A DNA stretch of 63,895 bases, filler included, from Stramenopiles sp. TOSAG23-2 (lineage: Eukaryota), in the NCBI GenBank assembly GCA_900128395.1. It is 23 parts of 23 records of this genome, joined end to end, with 100 filler letters (N's around TTAATTAATTAA, not from the genome) between each part and the next. Parts side by side here need not be neighbours in the genome. Positions count along the whole stretch, not along the records: positions 47,393 to 50,063 come from LT651592.1; positions 50,164 to 52,834 come from LT651593.1; positions 52,935 to 55,601 come from LT651594.1; positions 55,702 to 58,367 come from LT651595.1; positions 58,468 to 61,132 come from LT651596.1; positions 61,233 to 63,895 come from LT651597.1; 17 more parts are not named here. One strand, written 5' to 3'. Within the stretch, counting starts at the first letter, position 1. Every line of letters begins with the position of its first letter. The notes below the pieces were generated by a model. The model worked only from the letters and a program-made list of their open reading frames with translations. It had not been told where the DNA came from and did no database searches. The position numbers and the translations under genes were made by a program. Below, in pieces: positions 48,044-61,306 of the stretch.

Positions 48044-49680
48044 ATGAAAGTAGAAGGGTCTGATGGTTATATGGTCAATGGCGGTACGTCGAATGGTTCA
48101 CAAAAGCAAACGAACAAAAAAAAAAGAAAAAAGACATCAGGTTCTATGAGTACAAGTACCAGCACCACTACTACTAGTGTAAACCAACGTAAAAAGTACA
48201 AATCATCCCCGTCGAGGCAAGCAGTAATCAAAGGAAAAATAATAGGAATAAAATTGTAAGTATTTTCTCTATTCCCGTACTATTACTCATATTTAGAAAT
48301 TTCACTAACACACTACTATTGCATAACATTATATGTTATGTTCCACAGTATTGTATACGGATCAAAGCCATTTCACATCACTTGTCGTGAAGCATCAGAC
48401 TACTTGTTATTGAATATGGGCGAAGCATGGCCAGCACTGTGCTTAGATTTATATGCAATTAATTATTTATCAGAACTATATTTTGTAAAAAATAAAGATT
48501 TAAACAACATAAGTTCCTATCGGTCTCCGCTAGGCTTCTTTTCAATACCTAAAGACGTCAAAGTATCGCTGTATTATCGTATATACAAGCAAATGCCTTT
48601 GATTATGTGTATACGCCTTTCTGTTTTTAGGTGGATCGCTGATATGGTTAAAAAACGTTTAAATATCAGCACAACGAGTACATCTGATGTAAATCCATAT
48701 GGAGTTTCACCAATCTTGAAGCTTACCTTTCAAATAAGGCTATTCTTGAACGCAATGTTTGGTAAGTAATTTTTTTCCTTCCTGCACATCCGCTTGGAGA
48801 ATGTGTTCTAACATAACCGCTCTTTTACATGAAACAACCTATCTATACAGAAAATATCGAAACTGTTATGAAAGCATCCCCGAATAATTCACCGAACAAA
48901 ATGAAAGAATTTCTACACACGTACAATTTGAAACGTGTCGTAAAAACTCGTTTAATTTTGACAGGAACTGGCAAAACATTTCTTGGTAATAAAAGCAATA
49001 CCTTTCAACCAACGGTCCCTCACTCAGTAATTCCGACGATAAAAAATTCATTACGAAGACACAGTTTATTTTGTTTTGCATTGCATAGGAAAAATGGCAA
49101 AAGAGGTAAAGGTAATTGCAATTCCGGTCGTGGAAGTAGTAGTAGTAGTAAAAGTAAAAGTAAAAGTACCACTTCATCGAGCAATGGCAGAGTATTTCAT
49201 GATGTGATTAAAAACCCTTTATACCATCATGAGCAAATGAAAAGTTCAGATTTTAATATCTTTCACAAAAAGACATTGGGCGAATTTCCATGGGATGTAG
49301 ATGGTTTAATGAAGGCACGACATAATCTTATTTTGCATTTGGCCGGATGGGAAGAAGGATCAGCTATGTTTGGTTTGCACCAGATATACGGTACGAATGA
49401 AAATAAAGCGTTTCAAAATGCTGTTACTAAAATTTTGCTATTTGTGGACAAGCTAGTTGCAGCATATAAGAGAGATAGTAGAAATGTTGGCAGCATGACT
49501 CTAGACTATCAAAATCTGGGTGGTCAAGTACAGGATGAAAGTCCTTCTCTTACTACCTTGCCTCCTCGTTCAAATAGTTCCTTTGGTTCTTTTAGGAACG
49601 GGGGAAGCAACTCAGAGCTTAGCGATAATCTAGCTATTTTAGCAAATTTAGCGTCTGCTTACAAAAGCAACTATTTATGA
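48044..49680 (+). CDS. Three-exon hypothetical protein (introns 48256-48348 and 48762-48850)
   Basis: Both introns are GTAAGT...CTAAC...CAG and join the three listed ORFs in frame. Confidence 0.8.
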
Positions 49681-50412
49681 ATGTTCAATTGTCCATCATA
49701 GAAAATTAAGAGGGCAAGACTCTAATAATGGATTTTTTTTGACACCCCACATTTTATGTCTTGAAATTTCAGTTTAATCAGCAGTATGTGAAATAGAATA
49801 CATACTGATTTTTTGATAAGATTGAATACTCTTTTGAAAAAGACATTAAACACATATATATTTTTACAAATATATATATGTATAATAATAAAAGTTTTCG
49901 TCGTAATGAAAACAAATTTTGATAACACCACGTGTCACATTGTCATTTTTAAATATCTCTCTCAAAATTTAAAAATAATTATACGAGATGCGTGCGTATT
50001 AATATGCGAGAGAGGGTATAAGAGAGTACGGATTTAAGAAAGTAAAAAAAAACAAAATATTCGNNNNNNNNNNNNNNNNNNNNNNNNNNNNNNNNNNNNN
50101 NNNNNNNTTAATTAATTAANNNNNNNNNNNNNNNNNNNNNNNNNNNNNNNNNNNNNNNNNNNNCACCCTCGTATACACAGCACCAGCACCGTAAACTGCT
50201 CTCTAGAGAGAAAAGAGAGAGAAAAAAAATAAATTCTGCATCTCCAGTACTATTGTATACATAAACATATAGTATCACTAAGACGTAAATATATTTTTAT
50301 TTTTGTGCGTGTGTGTACAATATTGTAAATATTAGATAATACGAACTCTTTTCGTATTTCTCTCTCTCAACAAAGTTTTTTTCTTCATTTTTATCACCAC
50401 ACGTGCACACCT

Positions 50413-52078
50413 TTAACTATCATATATATAATTTGAGAAATATGTATTCACTCTTTCGTTTACATTTTCACGTATATTGAAATAAAACAATTCATAGTCC
50501 AAACAATGATACCAACCAAATAATAAAACAGAAGTAAGTAAACCCATGGATGATGTTTGCTCTAATGGTGGCACCATTAATCCATTATCAGTTACTTTGA
50601 CCCATAATCTCCCATCACCATTAGAACTTTTAAATTTTGGAAATATTTTTTTCAAACATAATACAGTAAAATTTAGTGCTTTACCACCAGTAAATTCTAA
50701 AATTGTATATGGTCTTTGCAATGTTGTTTCTGATACTATACTGCCTAAATAATTTGTTTTCGTTGAGTATATTTTACCTTCAGTATAATCATTTGATTTC
50801 CAAGTAAATGGATTTGTATTTAAAATTGGTGAAGTATCAGCATCTTCCCAATTATCATCGCTTTGTTTGGAATAGTTTCCAGGCCATTGACTCGATAATC
50901 TAGACATATGCCCCCATTTCCACTCTGTTGATAACGTATCCCAACCAATAATACAATGAATATCATTTGCTTTTAATGATGGTTTAAAAAATTTATATTC
51001 TTCAAATTTTTTCATTGGCATTCTACTACCTAATAAATAAATGCATATCACTCGTGTCCGTAATCTAGGATTACAATCGATTTCTTCTTCTATCAATCTC
51101 ATTAAATGCCAACCACCTTGAGAATGTGATGCTAATACAAATGGCGGCCGTCTATTGTTATTATTATTATTATTAACATAATCCTTCATAATCTTGTATT
51201 CTTTGATACGATATAAAAAATCATAAAATGCAGCTTTAACATTTTCATATGCTAAATCTAACGCATTTATTATTATTAACATAATCCTTCATAATCTTGT
51301 ATTCTTTGATACGATATAAAAAATCATAAAATGCAGCTTTAACATCTTCATATGCTAAATCTAACGCATTACGACCTTCAATTTTATTGCAGAAGAAACT
51401 TTCAATATGTGCTTGTCGATAATGTGGTGCATAAATACGACAACTTTCATTAAAAGCACTAGCTTGGGTTGCCAGCATCCAATTATTAGTTTGCTCTGTT
51501 GCAGCAGGATTTAAATTTTTCATATTCAATGATTCATTCCATGATGAGTTATAAAAACCAGTTGGGTGTACAAAAAAAAGATCGCATAATCTTTCAGATG
51601 GTTCAATATATTTTTCATTGATTGGTACTAACTCGGCATTATTATTATTATTATTATTACTGCTATTAGTAGCTGGCAAAGATGCCCAAAAATAATCTTT
51701 TGAATAATCGGGTTTTACATTTGTTTTCAATTTTTTAGAAATGGTAAATTTCCTTGGTGTTCTTTGTATAAGATACAAAAAACTGGATATTAATGGTTTA
51801 AAAATGAAATCGATGAAAATGTTTGTTTTCAATTTTTTAGAAATGGTAAATTTCCTTGGTGTTCTTTGTATAAGATACAAAAAACTGGATATTAATGGTT
51901 TAAAAATGAAATCGATGAAAATGCCATAAATATCAATATATGTTTTAACTATTTGAAATATAATAAACATGAAAAATATAGTTTGTACGACTATTGCATT
52001 TTCATTCTCTGTTGTGATTGAAGCAGTAGTGGTAGTAAAGGAGGGAAAAAAATATGTTTTTATTATTCCCACATCCAT
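50413..52078 (-). CDS. DUF3089-family alpha/beta hydrolase, split by duplication artefacts
   Basis: PDYSKDYFWA, DLFFVHPT, QASAFN...IYAPHYRQA, LASHSQG nucleophile elbow and YHCLDYELFYFNIREN. Duplications at 51165-51370 (103 bp, shifts frame) and 51720-51923 (102 bp, in frame). Confidence 0.88.
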
Positions 52079-53899
52079 AATAATAAATCCAAAATGTAAT
52101 TTTACAATGATGAAATAAAATCAATTAATAATAATATCCTAAAAAAAATATTTCGCTAAAGAAAAAAAAACTTGTTGTTGGGATATTTATTTACTACTTA
52201 TCTGCATACCACCACCGTCCAACGTATATATTTGTTTCTGTTTTATCTTTATTTTCTATTCATGAGTCTATATATAGGGGATATAAATGTATATTCATAA
52301 TTTCATCACATGGAAGAAGGATTAAAAAAAAAATAAATAAATAAATTTATTGCGTCGGGTTATTGGGTATGGCCGAAGATCTTATATTTGGATGTATTTC
52401 GGAACAATGACTTTATAACCTTAATATACAACTCTATGTTAATACTATTACTATTATGCGATTTCGTTCCGCTTCCTTCCGCATTTCCTACTCTGCCAAT
52501 AATTACCAAACTCAATTTGATTGGATTTTTTCCCTTCATTTTTTTAGGTAATAATTATTATTATTATGTGTCCAACGACGAGACGATAAATAAAAATTGA
52601 AAGTAAAAAAGATATTCGAAAGCAGAGGCAAAAGTTAGAAACTACCTGTGGTATATTGTAACATTTTCTTTTCTTTTTTGTCTATGAAATTCTGTGGTAA
52701 ACGTGTCGCTCTCTCTCTCTCTCTCTGTGTGTCGTATAAATGGAATATTAATAGTTTTTCTTATCCATATATATATAATATAGGAAGCATATAAGAATAT
52801 GGAAAACAAAACAAAAATACGTGTATGTGTCATTNNNNNNNNNNNNNNNNNNNNNNNNNNNNNNNNNNNNNNNNNNNNTTAATTAATTAANNNNNNNNNN
52901 NNNNNNNNNNNNNNNNNNNNNNNNNNNNNNNNNNATATTATTTTCATCGTTTTATTATTTCTCATATAATATTGTATAAAGTATCAATTACACATACAAT
53001 ATTTTTATAACTATATATAATATGTAAGGTATATCAATTTATTATACGTATATCTTTATAATTTATATTTTGCAAAACAAAAAAAAAAGTTTTAGTGAGA
53101 TTTTTATATTATTGGATCAAAGAAAAAAAAAGTTACTTGTATGGTGCTATGTTGATTAATATTTTTTACGTAGTGGAACGTAGTTGAATATATATATATA
53201 TATACAGTATATATATATATAGACCGATACAATATCTTTCAATATAGAATTTGTTTCTTTACGTGGTTTGCCTTATGCTTGCATCATATTATATATATCT
53301 ACGATACATATCTTTTTATTAATACTAGCACTCGGCATTACTGTGTGCTACAGTATACAGGTACTAAATATAGCAGGCCAGCAGGTAAAAAAAAAATCTC
53401 TGGGGGAGAGACCAGGTTTACAAAAACCTAATTAGTATGGAAATAGCACTGTTGTTTTTAGTTTGCGAAAACCAAAATTAAATAAAAAAACAAAATGAAA
53501 AAAAGGCTTCACAAAAAAATCACATCTCGCCACCAAATCCAAAAATCTAACCACAGCTTATTTACACCATTCCAGCATTGCACATTAACATTCGCACCCA
53601 TTATTCGCACATTCTGGCATTCTGTGGCATTCATACGTGGAAAAATCTACTATAATATAAAATATAATTATGCCTCGTCGTAATAATACTCTGTGTACAA
53701 GATATAAGATATGCTCCTTATATCTATATATATATGTTTTCTTATTTGTATGGTATAGTATGTGTATTGGAGAATATAAATATTAAATAAATTTCGTAAA
53801 TCAAACGATAGAGATATATTAACGTGTGTATCTCTGTGTGCGTGCAATTGTATCTGTATCTGTATACTATAATTAATAATTTATAATTATAATACTAAC

Positions 53900-55345
53900 A
53901 TGTCTCTACAGAAAAACCATACATTAACAAATAATCAAATCAATAGATATGGCCGTCACTTAGTCTTACCATCATTTGGTGTCAAGGCACAGGTATCTTT
54001 AACGACTTCAAGTGTGCTGATTGTTGGAATTGGTGGCATAGGTTCATCCGCTGCATTATATTTAGCATCTTCCGGTGTTGGTACAATTGGCTTATTAGAT
54101 CATGACCATGTGGACGTAAGCAATTTACATCGACAAATTATACATAGTGAAAAAAATCAAGGAAAATTAAAGGTTGATTCAGCAGCTGAAAGATTAAATG
54201 AGTTAAACTCAACTTGTACATATGTTAAACATCCTGTACAATTAACAACAAACAATGCATTTGCCATTGTTTCGAAATACGATGTAGTAGTTGATGCTAC
54301 TGATAATGTTACAGCACGATACATATTAAATGATGCATGTGTATTGGCAAATAAACCTCTTGTTTCTGGAGCTGCTGTTAGTATGGATGGACAATTATCA
54401 GTTTATAATTATAAAAATAGTCCATGTTATCGCTGTCGATTTCCACGACCTCCGAAACGTGGTAACGTAGCAAGTTGCTCTGATGCAGGAGTATTAGGAC
54501 CAGTGCCAGGATTGATTGGTGTATTGCAATCGATTGAAGCTATTAAAATTTTAAGTAATATTGGTGAATGTATGAATGGACGAATAGGTATATTTGATGC
54601 AATGGATGCGAGATTTATGGTAATGAAATTAAATAAACGTAGAGAAACTTGTGAAGTTTGTGGTGATAATAATAGTAATAATATTAATGCAAAAAAGGAT
54701 AATAAAATAATGTCCCTTGATGATACGCTTTTGTTTTTACAGAAATATGGTTTAGATAATGGTATGGGTGAAGAAAGTAGCAGTTGTGCAAAGAAATCAT
54801 CCTGTCCATTAGATAATCAGACAAATGAAAAGAATTTGAAAAAAATTAAAAATAATAATTATATCAATGAGGCAGGAAAAGAGCAAGAAGGTAATAATAC
54901 GTCAGTAGTAATCGATCAATTTCAACATATTACATGTAGCAATTTCTATGAAACAATTTGGAAGAAAATTTCCAATATTAATAATAGAAGTAGCACTGAT
55001 AATGTAAATAAAAACAACGACAAGACGATAGACGTTTCATCTAATGAAAAAATATTATTTCTTGATGTACGGGCAAAACATCAATATGATATTTGTGCAT
55101 TACCATTTCCATTTCAAAATATACCGTATAGTGAATTTAATTTGCAAAAAGAATTATATTTTAAAACATACCTTGATAATTTATCTAAAGAAGATATTCA
55201 AATATTTACATTGTGCCGAAGAGGTATAGCATCACAAAGAGCCGCTAATAAATTAGTTGAATGGGGTTTTAAAACTGTTATTAATATTGATGGTGGTTTA
55301 GAACAATGGCAGAAAGATGTTGATGCAGAATTTCCATTGTATTGA
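53900..55345 (+). CDS. MOCS3: Adenylyltransferase/sulfurtransferase MOCS3/UBA4 (ThiF/MoeB domain plus rhodanese)
   Basis: RYGRHLVL, GIGGIG, SNLHRQ, CYRC, CSDAGVLG, CEVC, rhodanese CRRG and the FPLY end. Confidence 0.96.
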   Translation: MSLQKNHTLTNNQINRYGRHLVLPSFGVKAQVSLTTSSVLIVGIGGIGSSAALYLASSGVGTIGLLDHDHVDVSNLHRQIIHSEKNQGKLKVDSAAERLNELNSTCTYVKHPVQLTTNNAFAIVSKYDVVVDATDNVTARYILNDACVLANKPLVSGAAVSMDGQLSVYNYKNSPCYRCRFPRPPKRGNVASCSDAGVLGPVPGLIGVLQSIEAIKILSNIGECMNGRIGIFDAMDARFMVMKLNKRRETCEVCGDNNSNNINAKKDNKIMSLDDTLLFLQKYGLDNGMGEESSSCAKKSSCPLDNQTNEKNLKKIKNNNYINEAGKEQEGNNTSVVIDQFQHITCSNFYETIWKKISNINNRSSTDNVNKNNDKTIDVSSNEKILFLDVRAKHQYDICALPFPFQNIPYSEFNLQKELYFKTYLDNLSKEDIQIFTLCRRGIASQRAANKLVEWGFKTVINIDGGLEQWQKDVDAEFPLY

Positions 55346-56070
55346 GATTATTAACTAAAATGGGATAAGATATTGATACAGAATTTCCATTGTATTGAGA
55401 TTATATGCATTTTTATACTTAAAACTAACATGGGATAAAACTAGCATCGAGATAATGTTGATTTAATTTATATTTTACCTATCAAATGTATCAAACACTA
55501 CAAATCTACTGAGTATATGGAAAGGACGATATTAAGTATAAATATAATAGGAAATGAAAAACAGAAAACATGGCAGAAAAACACAATTTTCAAGTGTAAA
55601 ANNNNNNNNNNNNNNNNNNNNNNNNNNNNNNNNNNNNNNNNNNNNTTAATTAATTAANNNNNNNNNNNNNNNNNNNNNNNNNNNNNNNNNNNNNNNNNNN
55701 NTTATAAGGAGTATAATCGAATGTGAACGAAATATTTTCTTTATTTTGTTATATATATCCGGGGTATATTCTTCTATCTTAAAAATAAATAAATATTTTA
55801 TTGTATACATCAGCAGCTTCTATAATATTAATAGGTGGTATTTATATATATATATATTATGATGCCAGAGGTTGTTTGTTGTAGAGATGATTCTGTAAGA
55901 CACACTACTGAGCGTCGTGTGTTCCTAAAGACACACAAATAATTACAACAAAATATAAAACCTAATACGGATACGCATATATATATGACACAATGACAGC
56001 AACGATGAACACAAATAAAATTTATTTTTTTCAAACACTCACACAAGATGTACACAAATTCTTTTTTCTT

Positions 56071-56749
56071 TTATTGTAATAAAAATTTCATATCTTCATC
56101 ATTACGTATATCATCATCTATTTCTTGTTGTGTGAATTGTTGATTATTATTAATAATATTACTTTCAGTAGTTGTACTACTAGTAGAATTAAAAGAAGAA
56201 AATTCCGGTGGATCAAATCTCATGCAAACAACACCATCAACAATATCTTTCATAATTTCTAATCCAGCACGTTGAATATCTGGTGCACCACCACGACTTA
56301 ACATATAACCTTTTTTCTCAGCTAATGCTTCACATAACATTTCAGGGCTCCAAGTATCACATGCATCATACCAATCTGGTTTTTTTACATTATATAATCG
56401 ATCTAATTGTAAATATTCATATACAATACGAATAGCAGAAAATGGCTCGCGGATTTGTGCAATTGGATATAAACCCATAACTTCCCCTATAAACCGTGGT
56501 TGTTCCAATGGAAAAATTAATCCAGGACAATCTATTAAATATACACCTTTTGGATATTCTAATGGTATGTGTTGTAAATGTTTTGTATGACCAGCAGTCC
56601 GAGATACACTTGCAACTTTACGACCAACGATTGCATTGAGTAAACTTGTTTTACCAGTATTCGGATGTCCACAAAGTCCAATAGATAATTTTTTTTTCCC
56701 TTCCTTTTTTTTACTATTCTTGCTATTATTATTATTATCATCATCATCT

Positions 56750-56781
<32 letters not shown>

Positions 56782-57699
56782 ACTATCATTTAATAAATCT
56801 ACATTACATATTGTTGCACATAATATCAATAACGTTTTCACTGCTTTATCAGATAATTGTAAATTTGGTTTTTTCTTCAATAATTTTCGCCTAGATGCAA
56901 CACCACCTTTTAATTTATTCAAATCATTTTCTGATAATATTCCACGTGATGAAAATGGAAATATATTTACAAATGGATATAAATGTTTTAAATGTTTCAT
57001 CCAATTATGTACATGCGCAACAGGGACTAGATCAGTTTTAGTTAAAATAATAACGACGGGTTTTCTCAATAATAAACACTCATCAATTAATGATTGTGAA
57101 ATATGAAATAATGGATTACGACAATCACATGTTAATAAAATAATATCACTTTGTTCAACTACTCTCCATAATTGTCGCCATACTTCTAAATTATGTTCAA
57201 ATGGCGTTATATCCCCAGGTTTAAAATTGGAATGGATATTAGAACACCATGTATCAAATTGTATTTTTTCATTTGTTTCTACCTCGTGTATAGACAAATT
57301 TGATGACCATTTTGGACGTCTTGGATGAAATAATATTTGCTTTAATGGTTTATGTATAGCTTTAGGAATTGTACCTTGTTTTGTTGTATCTATTGGTAAT
57401 GGACCTTTTAATCGTCTTTCTCGAACTACTTCATCATCTTCACGTATCATCATAGTTGCTAGTCGATTATCAATATTTTTCACACTAGTTCCACCAAATG
57501 AAGTCACTAACTTTAATGAACCTTTTTGTTCATTATCCTTACTGTTATTATTTTTTTTCATATTGTTCGTATTATTGTCATAATTATTATCACTATTTTT
57601 TTTTTTTTTCGCTTCCGCACGTCCTTTTCTTTTTTGTTTTAATTGTTCTTTTTTTTTCTTACCAGAAAATGGTTTTTTTCTTGCTACTTTTTTCGGCAT
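56071..57699 (-). CDS. Circularly permuted GTPase of the GNL1/LSG1 family
   Basis: PFEHNLEVWRQLWRV, TKTD (G4), then GHPNTGKTS (G1), SRTAGHTKH (G2) and DCPG (G3). Confidence 0.93.
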
Positions 57700-58262
57700 A
57701 TTTTACCACGTTTGTGTTTTATTTCTTTTTCAATTAACTAATATATATATATATATATGAGATATATCAATATGTATTAATAATTAAAATGTATTTCATC
57801 TCTTTTATATTTTCTTGTTTATACTTATGTATTAATAGTTATAATTCTTAATTCATTTTTTTTTTTATAAATTTTTTTTAGTGGTTTTTTTTTTAGTGCA
57901 TATAATATTACTGGTTTGCTGGTTTGCCTGGTTTGCACATATTACCTGGTATTAATATTATTTAATATGTATGGAAATAAATTCCTCTATTATTATTATT
58001 CAATATAATAGTAGCTATTGTTCTAATTGTATGTTCATGCTATTTCTCTTGTCCGCGTGCCTGCTCCCGCGTATTATATACGTAGCTCTATATATACCTG
58101 GATTAGGTGTTGTGGTACCTGTAATCCTGTAATAAAAATACTCTGATACTCTGTCCCATCCTAATAAATGCATTTTCCGTTATACTACAATGATGTAACA
58201 CAGACACAGAGAGAGAGAGATGACTTAGTGACAACCTTTCAATAAAGAACAAAACAACAACC

Positions 58263-58367
58263 ATGTATGATATATTAATTAAAAATGGAGAAGTCATTGA
58301 TGGCTCTGGTACAAAACCATTTATTGGTGATGTTGCTATAAAAAATGGAACCATTATAAAAGTTAAT
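58263..58367 (+). CDS. N-terminus of a D-aminoacylase-like amidohydrolase, 3'-partial
   Basis: MYDILIKNGEVIDGSGTKPFIGDVAIKNGTI is the typical amidohydrolase beta-sandwich start. Not in the ORF track. Confidence 0.8.
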
Positions 58368-58467
58368 NNNNNNNNNNNNNNNNNNNNNNNNNNNNNNNNN
58401 NNNNNNNNNNNTTAATTAATTAANNNNNNNNNNNNNNNNNNNNNNNNNNNNNNNNNNNNNNNNNNNN

Positions 58468-59447
58468 GGGGATCAGATAGCTCGTTAGCTGAAGTTACTA
58501 CGATACAATTGGAATTTGAATATTTAGCTCATTTGACTGGCAATAAACAATTTAAAGCAGTTGTGACACGTGTGAATGAAATTATTGCACAAAAAGCAAC
58601 AACAACGAAAATACCACATTTATTGCCTATATTTATAAACGCAAATACGGCATCTTTAAGTAATGGTGCAAGAGTAAGTCTAGGTGCACGTGGTGATAGC
58701 TATTACGAATATCTATTAAAACAATGGTTGTTAAGCGGTAAAACGAATGAGAAAATGCGCGAAAGATATGATGGTGCATTGAATGCTATTGAAGCACATT
58801 TAGTGCAACACTCAAAGCCAAATAATTATCTATTTATTGCTGAGAAAAATAGTGGTGGTGGTGGAAATATTGTAAATAAAATGGATCATCTGGTTTGTTT
58901 CATGCCCGGTTTAATTGCTTTAGGTGCAATAAATGGTGCACATAGTAAAAATGGAAAAGGTGGACCAGATGTTAAACGTTTGCAATTAGCAAAAGATTTA
59001 TTGGAAACCTGTATATTGATGTATGAAAAACATCCAACAGGATTAGCACCTGAAATTGCTTTTTTCAATACGGATGATGGAAAATCGGAAGATATGACGG
59101 TAAAACAAGCTGATTCACATAATTTATTACGGCCGGAAACGATTGAAAGCTTGTTTATTTTATATAGAATTACTAAAGACAATCAATATCGTACAAGAGG
59201 TTATAAAATTTTTAAAAATTTTATAAAACATTGTAAAGTTGCAGATGGTGGCTTTAGTAGTATTAAAAGTGTATTATCACTTCCTGTACAATTTCGTGAT
59301 AAAATGGAAAGTTTTTGGATAGCGGAAACGTTGAAATATTTCTTTTTATTATTTGATGAAACTGATATGATGGTTGATTTAAATAAATTTGTTTTAACAA
59401 CAGAAGCACATATTTTTCCAATTTTAAAGAAAGATGATGTGATGTAA
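58468..59447 (+). CDS. GH47 alpha-1,2-mannosidase, 5'-partial
   Basis: LGARGDSYYEYLLKQW, MDHLVCF, TGLAPE, LRPETIES, MESFWIAETLKY and TEAH motifs. Confidence 0.96.
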
Positions 59448-59778
59448 AAGGGGGTTTTATGTGTACACGCGTATAATTATTCGTACATATATTAAAATGA
59501 TACGATATAATAAATTTTTGTTCCAAATAATACACGGTGTGTATCAGAGTGTGTCGAGAGTGTAAAATGAAAGAAGTGTAATGTGGTGTGTGATACATAG
59601 GTTCTGTAGTCGTCTCTAGATTCGTTTTTATGGAGATATGTGATGATAAAAATATTTGTTCAGCTGCACTTTTTTTATTCATATTATGTACGTACGAATT
59701 CATACACACACACACACATATTTTCTCGTCGCGCGTACAAAATGTCTCTCCCATATATCATATATGCATATATAATTT

Positions 59779-60960
59779 TTAACCAAAAAAATCTTGAAGC
59801 AAATCAATAATAACTCGGAAAAATCCACCACCTCTTTGACTATCACCTCTTACTGATCTACGCCTATCTTTATCTTTATCACCTACAAATACCATGGTCC
59901 ATATATTCATAAAAAATGGAATAAAGTTCATGTTAACAAGTGCAGTGATTACAGTCGTGCAAATGGTTTCAGTAAATATATATTTTATTGTCCATGTTGG
60001 TAATATAGCTAGTAAAAAATCACGTACAAAACCTACAATGACATAATCACGCAAGACAATGCATGCCCCATATGCAATCAATGGTGCTAAACATAATTGA
60101 GAAAACATTTGTGTCGAAACTCTAGTTGATACTTCTTCAAACAATACAATTGCCATAGATTCAAACTCTTCAAAATTCAATTTTCCATCACCATTCACAT
60201 CTATTTTATCATACAATTTCATAATTTCTTCAACACTTGGGACGGTCTTGCCATATATTGTTGTATATTGTGCAACATATAAATACAATAACAATACCAT
60301 GGAATATGCTTCTTTTTTATCTATTGACCCACTATTATCAATATCAACTGTTTTAAAAATATGTTTTAATTTTTTTTTGAAACCATCGCTTTCTGTAAAT
60401 GAATTTAATTTGGACATTGCAAATTTACGAAATTTACCTTTGCCACGTGTTTTACCTAATAATTGTTCCGCTTCCAAAGATGTTTTATCTTCATTTCTTA
60501 AACGACTTAATAACATTGATGGTGTTAATAAATTTATACCGATTAAAATCCAATGAAAGGTATTATATTTTGGTGCTAATTCTGTATACATCCAACTATG
60601 GTATAATTCAAGTGTTATAAAAATTGCAGCACTGGTTCTAAATAAATGGCAAAATAAATATGCTATGGAGCGTGTAAAACTACGGTATTTCCCAAAACCT
60701 TCTCCAACTAATAATGTTGGAAATACTACAATACTAAATAATAAAACAGCTATAACAGATAATCCGGTAGATCCTCGAACAGCATGGCCACAACTTACCC
60801 ATAATGGATCGTACTCTTTTGCCGATTGCAACGATATCTGATGCAACCAATGTGTACTTTTTTGCAAACATGCATGTGATATATAAAAACAATCAATTAA
60901 AATAGTTTGTAATATTAACATCGAAAAATACAACGTCCATATTATGTCTAATTTATCCAT
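59779..60960 (-). CDS. Membrane protein with a pair of EF-hands
   Basis: DIDNSGSIDKKE and DVNGDGKLNFEEF loops flanked by hydrophobic helices. Confidence 0.85.
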   Translation of the reverse strand: MDKLDIIWTLYFSMLILQTILIDCFYISHACLQKSTHWLHQISLQSAKEYDPLWVSCGHAVRGSTGLSVIAVLLFSIVVFPTLLVGEGFGKYRSFTRSIAYLFCHLFRTSAAIFITLELYHSWMYTELAPKYNTFHWILIGINLLTPSMLLSRLRNEDKTSLEAEQLLGKTRGKGKFRKFAMSKLNSFTESDGFKKKLKHIFKTVDIDNSGSIDKKEAYSMVLLLYLYVAQYTTIYGKTVPSVEEIMKLYDKIDVNGDGKLNFEEFESMAIVLFEEVSTRVSTQMFSQLCLAPLIAYGACIVLRDYVIVGFVRDFLLAILPTWTIKYIFTETICTTVITALVNMNFIPFFMNIWTMVFVGDKDKDRRRSVRGDSQRGGGFFRVIIDLLQDFFG

Positions 60961-61306
60961 TATATTACGTATTTGGGAGTAGAAAAAAAAGGGGGGCGAC
61001 TTGCTATTTTTGCAATATTTTGACGAAGAAAAATAGAAATAAAGATGAAAAATGAAAATATACCTAACTAAATAAATATATATCGTTTACACCCAATTTT
61101 TTTTTCAGAGTTGCTTATATTGACTTTAAGAANNNNNNNNNNNNNNNNNNNNNNNNNNNNNNNNNNNNNNNNNNNNTTAATTAATTAANNNNNNNNNNNN
61201 NNNNNNNNNNNNNNNNNNNNNNNNNNNNNNNNACTCGTATCATATTAAATTATGAATAAGAGAATTATTTATATATATATATCATATTTCACACATATTC
61301 TCAGAT

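Noticed and set aside
21351-51923. Exact or near-exact 100-160 bp tandem duplications (21351, 29972, 51165, 51720) as programmed rearrangements
   Set aside because: Read-length-sized, nearly identical copies that interrupt or repeat parts of ordinary genes are typical of scaffolding or gap-closing artefacts.
58103-58354. Minus-strand 83-aa ORF
   Set aside because: It is the shadow of the plus-strand amidohydrolase start at 58263.
2698-61232. Regularly spaced TTAATTAATTAA palindromes as a biological repeat or CRISPR-like array
   Set aside because: They are N-padded artificial linkers with stops in six frames, placed between length-sorted contigs.
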